DNA from: Camelus dromedarius
Lineage: Eukaryota
Reading direction: 5' to 3'
Length of the DNA stretch: 64,000 bases
Assembly (NCBI RefSeq): GCF_036321535.1
Contig: NC_087437.1
Location: forward strand, 23,500,001 to 23,564,000
The position numbers and the translations under genes were made by a program. The notes beneath the pieces were generated by a model. The model ran no database searches and was not told the origin of the DNA. It saw nothing but the letters and a program-made list of their open reading frames with translations. How positions within the stretch are numbered: position 1 is the first letter of the stretch; each line of letters begins with the position of its first letter. Of this stretch, positions 13,995 through 27,700 are shown piece by piece.

Positions 13995-14850
13995 GACAAA
14001 AACTCTGCTTTGGTGGAGCATACACATTAAGAAAATGATAGAGTAGATCAAAAGGTAGAGTGCTCTCAGAGAAAAAAATGGTAGTCAGGATACAGGAAAT
14101 TGAGAGTTCAGAGAATGAAGTTGGGGTCAAAATTTTAAATAATACAACTAGGCTATATCTCTATGAAAAGGTGAGATGTGAGCAAAGAATTGAAAAGGTG
14201 AAGGATTTAACCAACTGGATATATAGAAGAAAACATTCCAGGCAGAGGAAAGGGTGCACACTAAGATCCTAGAGCAGGTTTAAGTCTGTTGGAATCTGGG
14301 AATATCAGGAGGCCTCTACAGTTTGTGCAGAATGAATGGGGGGAAGACCAGTGAGAAATGACATCACAGAGATGAGGAGGGTTCAGATGATCTATGGCAG
14401 AAATCAGCAAATTATGACGATCCATGAGCAGATGTGTTCTGTAGGCTAATCTGAAAATAAAGTTTATTGAAACACAGGGCACACCCATTTACTTACATGT
14501 CTATGGCTGATTTATGATACAGCAACAGCAGTTGGATAGTTGGGACACAGACTTGCAAAACCAAAAAAAAATTTACCATCTGGCCTTTTACAGAAAAGGA
14601 TTATTCTCCTTGATCTATGGCCATTGTAGAGATTTTTGTATACTTTCTGAGGAAAACAGGGAGTCATTGGGAGGTTTTTAGCAGAGTGATCACATAACTT
14701 GATAATGTTTAAAACCATCATTTTAGTTTCTATTTGTGAACAAGACGAAGGGGAACATGAGTAGAAGGAGACACTTGAGAAGCTAGTGCGGATATTCAGG
14801 TGAGAGATTATGGTGGCAGACAGGGTGGTGGTTGTGGAAGTGCTGAAGGA
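13995..14850 (-). mobile_element. L2 (L2a-like) fragment interrupted by MER58A
   Basis: AACATTCCAGGCAGAGGAAAGGG, GGGAGTCATTGGGAGGTTTTTAGCAG and CAGGTGAGAGATTATGGTGG are characteristic reverse-strand L2 motifs. The two halves are colinear across the insertion. Confidence 0.85.
14398..14612 (+). mobile_element. MER58A (hAT-Charlie MITE)
   Basis: AATAAAGTTTATTGAAACACAG and ATTTACCATCTGGCCTTTTACAGAAAAG match the recalled MER58A consensus. Perfect 8-bp TSD ATCTATGG at 14390-14397 and 14613-14620. Confidence 0.92.
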
Positions 14851-17800
14851 GAAAGCCCTGGGCAGTCCGGTTAGAGAACTATGGATGGACTTTGGGGACT
14901 GTGCTGGTTAGGGCTCAAAAAGAAATGAGGAGCACGCTGACGTGTTGCAGTGGAAACCAAATCACCCCTCTGATTGTAACACTGCTGTTCTATCCTGAGA
15001 CCATACATGACCAGGTGAAGGCACCACCATCAACACAGATATTATATACCATTAATACAAGTTTTTCATCTTAATTTCCATTTTAAATTAGTTATGAAAT
15101 GTATCATCACACCAAAGAATGTCTAAAACACATACACAAAGTACAGACACACATATGCACACATATACATAGCTACTTTTAAGAATGTATGTGTGTGTAT
15201 ATATGTATTATAGATATATATACATAGATGTATATACGGTATGTATTTCCCCACCCTCACACTTCCCTTCCCTTTTCCCACTGCTTTTCTGAGGTATTAT
15301 TTTATAATTTACATAATTAGAAATAAACAATGCATCATTTAGGTTTTCAGGTTTTTAAAAAATTTAAATAGAATTATGCTGATTTTTGGCCTCCATAACT
15401 TGCTTCTTTTGTTTGACAGCCCATATTGACTGTGTCTGTGTGAGTCTTGCTAGATAAATTCCTACCTGGTTTTACTAAAGTGAATGCAGAGAAGGCATCT
15501 GGCTCTTCAGGATATCAGTGACAAAATACAGAAGTCAAAAAGTAACAATGAAGTTAGTATTGTCATGTCACTTCTTTTTATATTGATTTTAATACATACA
15601 TATTTACTTATTTATTACGAATGTTTAAGAAATATAGGAATGTTTACTTTGTGATAAAGGAAAGATTTTTCTTATAGTTAATTAAAATGTTACTATAAGG
15701 ATTTATGAAGACTTTATCAACGTACAAAACTATCCCTCTATGACACCTATCAGAAATTATACCAGATTTCAAAAAGGACTCACACTTTTTTCTTTAAATG
15801 TACTTGACTACTTCTTAGGGTACAGTTGGCCTTCATAACAATCAAACTGTTATTGAATCTTGACATAATTCACATTTCAGGTTGTATTTTTCAAGGCAAG
15901 AAGTTCTGCCAGCTTATTCTTTTTACCAAGTGATAGTTTAAAAGACTTGAAATTTGAAGTTGAGTCTGTTGCAACATATTTAATAATCTAACATAAATTG
16001 TTATGATATATCATTATGATAAAATAAAAACAAGAAATGCTGTCATTAAATCATGAAGCATTTTATGACATGTCATTAAGTGGTACTCAGGTGGCTGAAC
16101 TCAGTGTGGTTGCCAAAGATGCGTATATCCTACTAATAGTAGATTATAATAGCAGATTATAAATGGATAAACCATATAACCTGAATTAATAGAGATTGTC
16201 TTGGGCATCAGAAAAACTAGAATAGATGGTCATAGATCAGATATATCTAGGGATTTCTTGATGCAGAGTGAAGTAACAGCCAACTAAATGAATGATATAA
16301 GCTATAATCTGATTTATTCATATTATATTTATTTGATGCATTAATGGGTTCACAAAAAGTTCAGAATAAGACAGGCAAATTTTGAAGAAGTAAGACAAAG
16401 AGAAGTAAATGCTATGGAAAGCAAAGAAACCATGGTAAGTTTTGAACAGAATTAAGTGTTTTTCTTATCGATGGCTCAAATCTGATTAAACTTGTTATTT
16501 GATCCCTGATAATTTTAATCTTACGTCGGAATCTCTTTTCACACAAGTAGTCATCCTTGTGTGATTATAAAAGGGAAAATACTAGATCTGAATGCCAAAA
16601 AAAAAAAAAGTCAAATATCTTCATGAAAAATACTGTGTTCATGTCTGTGGAATCTGACTTCTGATAGCATATGCCATAGGAACAAATATTTTCCACAGGT
16701 AGTGGGTTTCCTGCTACTGGGTATACTTTAACAAAGTGGGATTCTTCAGGCGAATACCTATAAATTGATACACTTGACTTTGTTAACTTTGGCCTTGCCG
16801 TCTTAGAACTCACCTTAAATAAGGACACATATATCAGAGCTTTATCAGAAAACTATTCTACCATAATAAGAGATATCACTTGAAAGCTTTCCAAAATGAT
16901 AATTAGTGAAGACAAGGCACATAAAGCTGTCTGGGTTAAAGAGTTATTGGTGCTGATGCCCCTTGTCAAAATGTGAATGCTATTTATCTACAGACATTAA
17001 TTACGGATAGCTTTTTCCAAGTAGGTTAACATAATTTTCATTGGCTGTTTCTTGTAGCAGAGCTCAAAAGCTGTCATAATGAATGGGCCACCAGGTCTGA
17101 GAGTATTAGCATTTCAGGTGGGACAAGGTTACCTCAAGATCTTAAAAGTATGGCAGGTTTGACACTTGATATGAAATTACTTTCAGTGGATACATTTTGC
17201 AAATATACTTTTGGTTCTATCAGTACAACATCTCTGTAATATTTTAGGCTCAGTAGACCATCTTTATTTGCTTTTGCTATTTTAGCTATTACATTTTGGA
17301 CCTACTGTAAACTTTAAAAGGCAAAATAAGACTTCACACACTATTTGTCAAACTGGTCACTTCAGTCAAATTGTAAACATTCCATTTTGACAAGTGATTT
17401 TATAAAGTTGTTTAAGAAAATGTGTTTGTAAGATACTATCATTTTAGAAATTAACACACTTTTTTGAGGTGAATTGTAGATAGTAAATGACGGTGAGATA
17501 TATATAAATGAGATGGCAATTTATAGTGACTCTCGTAGTGGACTTAAAGTTAGATGCTTTTAAAACTCTCTGTGTGGTTTAATATTAGCATGAAAATATT
17601 AGGTTACTGTGAGGAACCTTCACCAGGAATCATTATCAGCTTATTCATTTCAATTGAATTTACCCAAATTCATTATCAATTTAACTAAATATGTTGATCA
17701 ATAAGATGAATTTTATCTAAGTAAAATGGAGGTTTTATTTCAGTAACACACCCACACACACACATAGACACACCTTTTGCATAAAGAGCATATTTGTGCC

Positions 17801-18639
17801 TCAAACACAAGTTCAGATGTTGGCATTTAAAATAATTGGAAAATTAATTTTGTGAAGTGGTTCTTCTAAGTTTTCTCCTTTTTTGGATGGTAGTGATCTG
17901 AATACTCTGCTTTAATAAATATTATTCAGTGTGTCTGATTATGCAAACAACTGTACCATATGAATATGTATATATACTGTATGTGTATGATTGAGCATTA
18001 TTTTTTAAAATAAGAGGCAGTGGCCTAAAGAAAACATCCTTATCCAGTTCAGCTTCTCATTTGCTAGTCTTCATAATGGAACTATGTTAAAAATTTAAAT
18101 ATTGCTTAAATACAAAGACCTTCCTAGGCTCCATTAATGGTTACGACCAAGAAAATTCTGATTCCCTTAAACATACTTAGACTACAGCTATTTTTAAAAT
18201 CACTGGCTCTGTACTAGAGTCTGATGAGCCAATGTAGAATTTGTAGTTTCTGAAATAGAAATGAAATGAGAATGTAAAAATATCAGTCTCTATAGAAATA
18301 TATATTGTGTGAAGGTGACCAGTCAGATTTCCCTTGTACTGCTGTATTTTTGTAGAGGTCATTTTATATTTATTTATTTACATATGTATGCATGTAAGTC
18401 TGAATGTACGTATTTATTCTGAAATTTCACAATATCAACTTATTTTATAAGATTCCAATTCCATGACAAAATTTTTTTATTAATCTGAAGGATTTTTTAA
18501 TCAAAACTTTTCTCTTTAATTTATCACATTTCCACTTTAATAAAGATCATTTAAATCTTCTTAAGGAATATCAGATTCCTTTAGCCTCCTCAGAAGCATT
18601 TCATACTTATCTTTTTAGTTACAAAGTTGTATGTACTCA

Positions 18640-19350
18640 AAAGAATGTTAAAAATCCAAAAATATAAAGAAAGATGAGCATAAATTATGCTTCTTTCAGT
18701 ACATTTCCTGTTTTCCCAACCCTTTATCCTGAGATAAGGCAAGGTTGACAATATGGCATGTATTTTCCATAATTTTCTCATGCTGATATCAACATACATA
18801 CAAAGAGTTGTGCTTTTTTTGGTTTAAATATTGAATTGTACCATGAACATTAATAATTTTTAAAGTTACGAGCTCATCATAAATCTCTCTCTAGATTCAT
18901 AGAAAAAGATCTAATTATTTCCACAGTTTTGGACAGTTTATAGAATATATATATTGTAATTTGTAAATTTATTCCTCCATTAAGGGACATTCAGGCTGCT
19001 TCCCATTTTTTGTCATTATAAATAATGCCATTATAGGTATTCACATAACTATTTGTTTCTTTTTTTTAAGACACTGATGCTTTTATTTCCACAGGATCAA
19101 TTTGTAGAGGCAGAGTTGCTATGTCATGTAAACTGCTTTGATGGATACTGACAATGACCTTCCAAAAGTTACTGTAATTCATTGTCAACTAGCAGTGTAC
19201 CTGAAGGCCCTCCTTCCTAATGCCTTGTCTGCAACACTGGTCTTCCCAACTTTTCATAGATTAGGATTGAAGTTTTTAAAATTTTGCACTGATTGGAATC
19301 TTCTTAAGCATCAGTGATTCTGATAATCTTTTCATGAGTTTATTGTTCAT
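18640..19350 (-). mobile_element. Old L1M (L1ME/MC-like) 3' fragment
   Basis: GGGACATTCAGGCTGCTTCCCATTTTTTGTCATTATAAATAATGC and CTTCCAAAAGTTACTGTAATT are motifs of reverse-strand L1 ORF2-end/3'UTR sequence. Confidence 0.65.
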
Positions 19351-19374
19351 TTTGAGATCCAACAGAAACAAATA

Positions 19375-19512
19375 GTTAAGACTATGGATTTTAAAGACAG
19401 ACTATTTGTACTTGAATCCTGGCATCTCTAGTTAGTACTCTTGTGACTATGGGCAGGTGACTGAAGATCTCTGTAACTCAGTTTCTTCATCCATCAAGTG
19501 AGATAGCAGCAG
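19375..19512 (+). mobile_element. MIR 5' half
   Basis: TTGAATCCTGGC...TGTGACTATGGGCAGGTGACT...CTCAGTTTCTTCATC. Confidence 0.8.
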
Positions 19513-19696
19513 TGCAGAGATGCCTGGCTACATACAGCATCTCCTTGCTGTCCTCTATTGCATGTCCAGTGACTGTGAGCACTGCCATCCAAGAGTGGCA
19601 TCAACCACCAGATGTCTGTCCCCAGAACCACAGCGGCAGTAGTTCTCTTAAACCTCTTCATGAATTTCCCCTTCATGGTCATGCTTTGGATTTCTC

Positions 19697-20243
19697 TGCA
19701 AGCTATGGAAAAGGAGAAAAGAGCCCCTGACATCTAGGGGCTGGCCTGAAATAGCAAGGTCTTGGCACTCTCCTTTTCACAATAAATAATTTCATAAACA
19801 TCAACAGCAGACAGGGTCGCTCTCTGACCTCAAAGGATCAAAACAAAAACAAGACCACCCCATATTCATGTCTGAACATAAACAAAGTAAGAACATTATC
19901 TGAACCACAAAAATGGCCACACATCCCCTAATCCTGGCTAATATGAGTAATTACTGCTTCTTTGCCAATTACAACATTGAACTAGTCTTCCCTCCTTCTG
20001 GATAAGAGTTATTAAGATATTAAATTATTGAATTAACCTTGTTTTCAGAGTAAAGACCTGCTTGCATAAACCCACCCCCAAATCACCTAACGCAAACCTA
20101 AATCTCACAGTAATTCCTTTCTAACACAGTCTTATTAAGACACTTCCATAGTGTGCATCTCCCTTGCTGCAATGAATAATAAACTCAACTTGTTCAGTTT
20201 GTTCAGGTATATTCCTGGCGATCTTGGCTGGAGGGCATCAACA
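19697..20243 (+). mobile_element. ERV1 (MER4-group-like) solo LTR, probably inside an older ERVL-type LTR spanning about 19515-20400
   Basis: AATAAA at about 20178 is followed by CAACTTGTTCAG...GGCTGGAGGGCATCAACA at the 3' end. The flanking sequence at 20300-20400 resembles an ERVL (LTR41-like) LTR 3' end. No TSD seen; 5' boundary approximate. Confidence 0.7.
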
Positions 20244-20806
20244 GTATAGACTGTTAACTCATACCCATGCTTCAGATGAACTAATAAGCAATTTAGCAAC
20301 TCTTCTGATTCTCAGAACCCCTTTCCCAGCTCTTCCCACTTTCGTATAAGACCTAATTCTTATGATGTTCTCTGCTCTGCTGACTAAATCCTAACACACT
20401 CATAATAGCATACATTTTGCATATTAATATTTTTTTCAATTTTATCAAATTTTCTATTCATACTTTCCTACAATCTTATAATACTTTTTAAACATGAATA
20501 TATTATTTAAGTGTTTAGAATCATTCTGAAATTTTGTTTGGAATAAAATATGTTTTTAATAAATAAAATATTTTTTCCGCCATGTGACAGCCCTTTGAAT
20601 TGACACTAGTGTATTTCTAATTCTTACATTATTTTATAAATGTGGAATCATGTCAGTTGCTCTTATGATCTACTATATTCTGATTTATATCTCTGTTCTG
20701 ATACATTTGGCAGGACAAATTTATGATTTTGTGATAGAGACCATTGACTTCATGATATTTCCATAGTGGGGAAATCAAAAGAGATCATTTATTTATAAGG
20801 TGTCAT

Positions 20807-21036
20807 GGCACACTAGTACATGAGCATGCTTTAGGAGTAGAAAGAGCTCTGTTCAGACTGTTCTTATGCCACTTTCTAGAAGTGCATGATCATGGAAAAG
20901 TTAATTACACTTTTACAGTCAGTTGTCCGAATTCTAAAACGGAGGGAATACATGAATTGCACTACTTTTGTGATTGAAACAAGTATGTGATACCCAGCAC
21001 AATATCTGGCACATAGTAGGGGTATCATAATAATGG
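20807..21036 (+). mobile_element. MIR
   Basis: Degenerate MIR body ending CCCAGCACAATATCTGGCACATAGTAGG. Confidence 0.7.
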
Positions 21037-21079
21037 ACATGTCAACCACTAAAAAATTAATTTTTCCAGTTATTATATG

Positions 21080-21210
21080 CTCATTCAGCAATTATTTATT
21101 GAATGGCTTCTATATACATCATGCTAAATGGAAGGAGGAAATAGAAAAGATAAAAAGAGGAAATCCAGCCTCTAAGGAGTTCACATTCTGGTAAGAAAAG
21201 CAGATGAAAA
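21080..21210 (-). mobile_element. L2 3' end
   Basis: TCATTCAGCAATTATTTATTGAATG...CCAGCCTCTAAGGAGTTCACATTCTGG. Confidence 0.75.
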
Positions 21211-24149
21211 CTATTTATTCAAAAGAAAAATAAGAAGAGGATGAGGAAGAAAGGAGGAGGAAGAGAAAGGAAAATAAACTCAATTCAACATGACACTATT
21301 TCTTTCCAGTGTGAATGTTGTTCAGTATTGTGTTGTTATTTTAACTTGTCCTTTGCATAGTTCAAAATCATATAACACATCTGAGTAAATATATAATGTA
21401 CAAACTACACAGAAACTAAAGGAAATTCCACAGGGTTGGATGAGAGTCACTTTAAGGGATTTAATACTGGTTTGTCACAAATGTGACATTTGATACGTAG
21501 TTTAGCCTCTCCTCCACCTTCATAAGTCCTGAAAATTCAGTGAGAAAGGACTTTAAAAGTGCCTAGCACCCAAGTATGTACACAGTAATTATTACTTGTT
21601 TTTTTTATGTTGCACTGTCCTTTAATGTATCACCAGATCTTCTCTCTTTATCCTTCTTATTATTTCATGTTGTGAACAAAGTCATTTATCTAAGTATTCC
21701 AGAAAGTAACATACACTTGTGTGGTGCCTTTGTCTTCCAGTGCCCAGGGCCAGTCCCTACTCCATGGGAGAAGGGCCCATAGCACACACAGAACACTAGG
21801 TTTAAAAGACCCAGGGAGAGTGTCACTACCCTGTAAACACTAAGTCCTATTCACAGGGGAAAGAGAAAGAAGAAGCAGTAGCAACACTTCGTAGAGTTTA
21901 TTAGAAATAGCTTTTTGCCACATAACATGGATAAAGAACTCGTTAAAACAGAACAAAACAACTAAAAGTTTAAGTAACTCCAATCTTTTGTATAGAGGTT
22001 TAAATAATTCTAAACTTGGAGATAGAAAATAAAACATAAATTATTTAGGATAATAATAGTTTATCTTAGAATAGACTAGCTAGAGCCAAGAATATGTGGG
22101 ATTTAGAAGATGATGTAAAACCTGGTACAGAGGGAATCTACGCGGGACAAGGTCTTTGAGTTCTCTGGCTAATTTAGGGGTGGAGGGTTGGTGGGTATAG
22201 TTTATAACAAAATTTTACCTTGTAACTAAATAGCATATTATATTTACATAGGATTTTGAGTAATTAAAAATGAAATTCCATGTAATTCTTCTCCATCCTG
22301 CCCATAAGGAAATGATTAGTGAGATATTTAGGAGAGGATTAGAATTCCTATTGTTCAGTAATTTTGCCTTTTTAACCTAATAAATTTTCCCCCAAAACTA
22401 TTTATAATGTAGAATTTTTCATTGATTGAGTAGCTAGGTCAAGAACTTAAATCCCTAGAATATATAAATTGGATTGGAAATTGCAGAATGTATTTTAATA
22501 CCTGTAGAACTCTTAGGTTCATAAATGTATGTGATTTTTCTTACTATATTATGAATTCATTTTATCAGATTTTTTAGGGAAAAAAGAGCCCCTCAGTTAT
22601 TTTGTACTTTGTTTTTCCAGTTTTTGAATTATTAACATTCACAGTTTGATGAGTGCTATTTTTGCCTTATGTTAATTTTTTTAATCTCAAGCATTACTGC
22701 TGATCATGACTAAATTATTTTATTTACTAAATATTGGTAAACTTTGAGATATTATAGAGACAAAATTATACAAGATGTAAAATTGAGATTGTCACAGAAA
22801 ATTTAGATACCTGTCTGTATTGGTGTCCAGTGGCCTTTCATAAGCAAATCATTCTACTTTAATAAATGCAGCATAGATGAATATATTCTTTTTTAGTCAT
22901 TGATAATAAAATTTTGAATGGCTTTATTATTACGGGAATATTCTTGGCTTTTTACTATTTTTAATGCTAAATCATTTTTCAAATTTACTATCTATATTTG
23001 CCTGGGATTCATACAAAATTTTCCAAGGACAGTGTTTATTTATGTATTATATGTACAAACATAGAATTTAAAACAGCAAGGCTCACACACAAAAAAAGCA
23101 AAAACAATGGCTTTATTTAAGCTCTGGTGATATTGCTCAAACTAAAACTATCTTCTCAAATGAATCTTCACACAAATATTTAGTTAAAAAATCAATTTGG
23201 ATTCAGAAAATTCGTAAGGTTCATTACAACATGACCTCCTAACGGTTAATTGCATACATGCTCTATTTCAATATATATAGGAAATCATTATTGCAAACAC
23301 ATTTAATAAATCATGAAAATGATTTTTATTAAAGTTAACTGAACAGGATCTTGCTCTTATTTTAAAAGTTATATCCAACAGCTCCCTGAAGTGTAGACTT
23401 CATTAATTCATGACTGAATTGTAGGGCAGTAAGATAAAAATTGTAAGAGCCTGAAGACACTAATGCGTTTGTTTTTGAAAAATTGAACTTCAGACTTTTG
23501 ACAATTTTGATACTGTCTCCTCACAAGTGAAGTTGTTTCCAAGTATGCGATAGCTCTATTTTAAGAAAGAGCTTCCAGGGTAGTCTTCCAAAGCATGCTT
23601 TTTTTTTTTTTTTAAATGTTTTTAAAGAGTAAAATTTCCCTGTTACTCAAATTTCCACTCCCTTTGGAAAAGAACTTCAAAAAAAAGAATGCCTGGCTAG
23701 GGTGGCACAAGGAGATTTAGTAATTTCGTGCTCAATTTTACCACTGGATTCCTGATTCGCTTGACAGCTTGAGGAATAGTTGGCACTCTCTCTAGACATA
23801 CAGAATCATTGTCATTGTATGACTAACTGATTTTGTGTTTTGTTCTTATGGAATCAGTGCTGGCAAGTTGTTATCCTTCATTTTTTAACAAGAACTTGAA
23901 GCATTGATGAATTGAAATGCAAAATTAAAATTTTGTGTGTGTGTATATATTTGTTAATTTGTATTCAATTAAAACGTTTTAACCCCCATGTACTAGTCAT
24001 GTGATGTAGATAGTCAGTTTATCTTTTTAAGAGAGAATATATACATCCCAGTAATATAGAGAGGCTGAGCCACTTTACTTGCCAATCATATGACCCTTCT
24101 TACTTTTCCTTGTGTCCACTCAAATATATACAGTGCAAAATCTTTAATA

Positions 24150-24360
24150 ATAATAACACCCAGAATTTATTGAATTTGTACACTTTACATATTTCATATA
24201 TTTTGGAATGCAAAACAACTCCCTCACGTGTAAAATTATCCCCGTTTTATAGATGGAATTCAAGAGGGGTAAGGCCACTGAATTAGTAAGTGTAAGATTT
24301 GGATTGTAACCAAGATCTAACTAACCCCAAATTATATGCATGCTTCATTATACTACACTA
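24150..24360 (-). mobile_element. MIR
   Basis: ATTATCCCCGTTTTATAGATG...GGATTGTAACCAAGATCT. Confidence 0.7.
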
Positions 24361-27300
24361 ACAATTTATACATTGTTTGATTTATTTATTTACGGGTATG
24401 TAGATAGGCTCAATACAGATGGGTGCATTTCAGCCCAAATTCTGAATCAATAAACTATATAAAAATAGGCAAGGAAGGGTAGAGGCTCATAGTGGACTCT
24501 TGTGTAAACAATGGAGAGACAGTTTTCTAAAGTTGGTTTTCAAACTGAGGTCACTGTAACTAGTATGTCCAAGGGTATTTGGGTAGTCTATAGCACAAGC
24601 TTGTTTTGGATTTATTTTTAGGATTAATTGAGATATTTGGGGTAAAAATTTATACTGAGGGAATAGAATGTGTGTAAAATATAAGTTCATGGACAATTGA
24701 CTTGGTTTAGAGAGCAAGACAATTCTGTCATTCAGATTATCTTCTGTTTCCCTAATGCACATTTGACTACCCCTTCCAGAAAAGGGGCTTCAAATATAAG
24801 GAAAAAACAAAAACAAACAAAAAAACCCCCTGTTTTACTACACTCCCTTTAGGGCAATGATGCAGGTACTGGTGTTGGCAGGTGTTGCAGTTTTGAGAGA
24901 CGTTCTTTACTAAGCGGTTATGGAGGTTAGAGATTGGACAGAGGCCTGGAGCAGTGCTCTGGCCAGTTGAAATCATCACAAAGAGTCAGTGTAAGGAAGA
25001 CAGGAAACATTAGCTATCACGTGTCAGGGGAAAGGATGTGAAACTGAACACAATTGAGACACTTCGTTATGTCCTAAGAGAGAGTTTTGCAAAACAATGT
25101 TCCCAACATTGGTAGAACTAGAGAAAAACTGTGGTGACTGTTGGTGGCCACAATTTACCCCCAGGTTGGTATGATCTAGGAGGCAAAGATATATGAATAT
25201 ACAGAGCTTGATAATCAGATGGGAATGTAGAGAGCCTATGTTTCAACTTCATAATTACATACAGAAAAAGAAATGGTATCAATAAAACCTTGTTATTCTG
25301 ATTTCACATGTAATAGTGAGCTGATGGATACATTACAGAGTCAAGTAGTTAAAAATGTGGATTGATAAAGCAATAAAATGAATAATTCCTTTATCACAGA
25401 TTCAGGAATATGCATATCTATATTTATCAGAACTCTATAATAAAAATATTATTTTGCTTTTTTAATAATAAAATGATTCTTAAGGAATTTACACGATTCT
25501 AAGAATAAAATTGCTTGTTTAATTCTCAGATTTTGATTTAAGTGCTTAGATGAAAGCATAGTTTTAACAAAAAAGTAATGATTACTGTTTATGGACCACA
25601 GTAGATAGTATTGAAAGAAGAATCACACATACTAAAATTCTAGTCAGTTTCTCTCCCATATCTTTAAAATATCTGAATCAATTTTTATTAGACACCATTA
25701 CTTATTTGTTTTATACATTAAAAAACAAAGATTTAGATAGTTAAGTTAATTGCTCAAAATGAGAAAGTCAGTTAATGAATGGAGGATCCAGGACATTTAG
25801 CAAGAATCTAAAACCTTGCTCAGTTCAGCAAGTCAAACTATATATTCATGGTGATAGCCTTACAACTGATGGAGTACTGATAAAATGTGATTTTTTGTTG
25901 TGGTACATTTGTGATACATAGGTGGTTATTTATAGCAACTAAATTTTAGCAAAGCCAAATATTGATTTATATTGGTTGCATACAACACTAAAAACATAAA
26001 TTTCAAAATCTGAGTAAACTAGATTAAATTGAGACTGTTTATTTTGAGAATAATTTAAATCCTGTGTAATTTTTAAAAGAATTAGAAGCATCCTAAGCAA
26101 GGAAAAATAAAGTAAATGAACATTAAACTCAATATGATGCTTCTGAGCAACCAAAATGAAAGAGAAAATGGCTCAGTAATATTCTCACATTATCTATTAT
26201 GAGGAAGTGCAGCTTATCAGGAAAGAAATATAAAGGATAGGAAAAGAAAACAAAATACACCTAGCATTGACCTTTAAGGGAACTTCACTAGCAGTCTCTG
26301 TGTTTAAGACATGCTGAACACTATAATAGATGATACTTGTAACATTATCTGACCTTTTTCTAAGGTCGACCAATTATAAGCCTTAAGACAAAATGTTAAA
26401 TCCTAGTTCAGTGAAAGTGTTTCTATGAAGAACAGAATAATAGAGTCCAGTTACCCGGCTTGCTGTCTGTCAGCCCTCTTAGAACGGTAGAATTTTAGAA
26501 AACCTATAGGAATGAATGGTTATAATGTCCCTTAGGTCAACCTTTTCAAATATCAATTGTCAAGCTTTGACAGCAGCTGTACGAGACCAAATTTCAAGTT
26601 GAGAACTCTGACAAGGAAGTGAAAGGTGTTCTGAGTTTTTGATTGAAAGGAATCCTCATGCTCTAGAGATCTGGAATATAGGTTATAAAGTTCACATTTT
26701 GAAATGAAAATTAAGCCATATGACTAAATTCAGTGTGCATTATTTCATGCAATAATTACTATTTGTAGTTAAATTGAAGTCATTAAAATGATAAAATAAC
26801 TCTTATCAAATAAAACTTAGTGATTTAAGAATTATGACTGCTTCTAAGAAACCTGTTTTTATCCTTTCTCTTCATTTCTCCAATTTGAGAAAAGTTCTAT
26901 AAATTTGTTAGTACACACTTACCTTTTTTATGTCTATGTTACCCCTGATATTTTCCACTTAATCCATAATATAATTTCTTATGTTTTATAAATATATTTT
27001 AGAAACCAAGTGCTTACATTAAAAAGAAATCTGAGATGAGTTCCCTAAAGCCAAAATCTTCACATTATATAAAATAACTATTTTGGTGACATCAGGACAT
27101 GAATCATTCTATCATTGCTGTTCAACATCTATTCTTTCTTCAATTGTTTCTGATAAAACTTTCCTCGTGGGTTTTTTTTTATTGTGTCTGATATATGTTA
27201 AGCATCATAAGTAAGCTGTGATAAGTTGTTTTCAGAGACTACTTATTTATGATTTCCTCTCTTCAACTCTCCCCTATTTTGGAAATTCACATATTGATCA

Positions 27301-27521
27301 ACTCAACTCAAATTCTGTAGCTAATGTGATGAGAAGCTTATACTTATTGACAAAATGACAAGCTGAGATGCAGTAACACTGATTTTCTGCAAAACCATAT
27401 CTTATGCATCCTACCAATTAGAACTAGAGAGCCATTAACTAGTATAAAAAGAAAAATGGTTGCACTCTTTTTAGTTTTGACATACATCACTATCCACATG
27501 GCTGGTTAGAACTGATGGTAT

Positions 27522-27700
27522 TTCAAATCAATTAATATTTGACGGTCTTCTACATGCAAGGCATTAGTATACTAGACAATGTTAGGGATACAAAGATTCA
27601 CATTATCCATTCATTCAGCAAATCTTTATTTAGTCACTACTGTATGCCAGCCAGTGTTCTAGGTACAAGGGATTCAGCTGTTAAACAAAATGGCAAAAAA
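27522..27700 (-). mobile_element. Two tandem L2 3' ends
   Basis: CATTCATTCAGCAAATCTTTATTTAGTCACTACTGTATGCCAG...GTTCTAGGTACAAGGGATTCAG is preceded by a more degenerate copy. Confidence 0.7.

Noticed and set aside
16363..16440. Purine-rich open stretch ending ATG|GTAAGT (…MESKETM)
   Set aside because: There is no polypyrimidine acceptor or promoter upstream, an in-frame stop lies just before it, and the protein is not recognised.
16808..16860. Strong minus-strand donor AAG|GTGAGT
   Set aside because: The nearest candidate exon has stops in all three frames and a weak acceptor.
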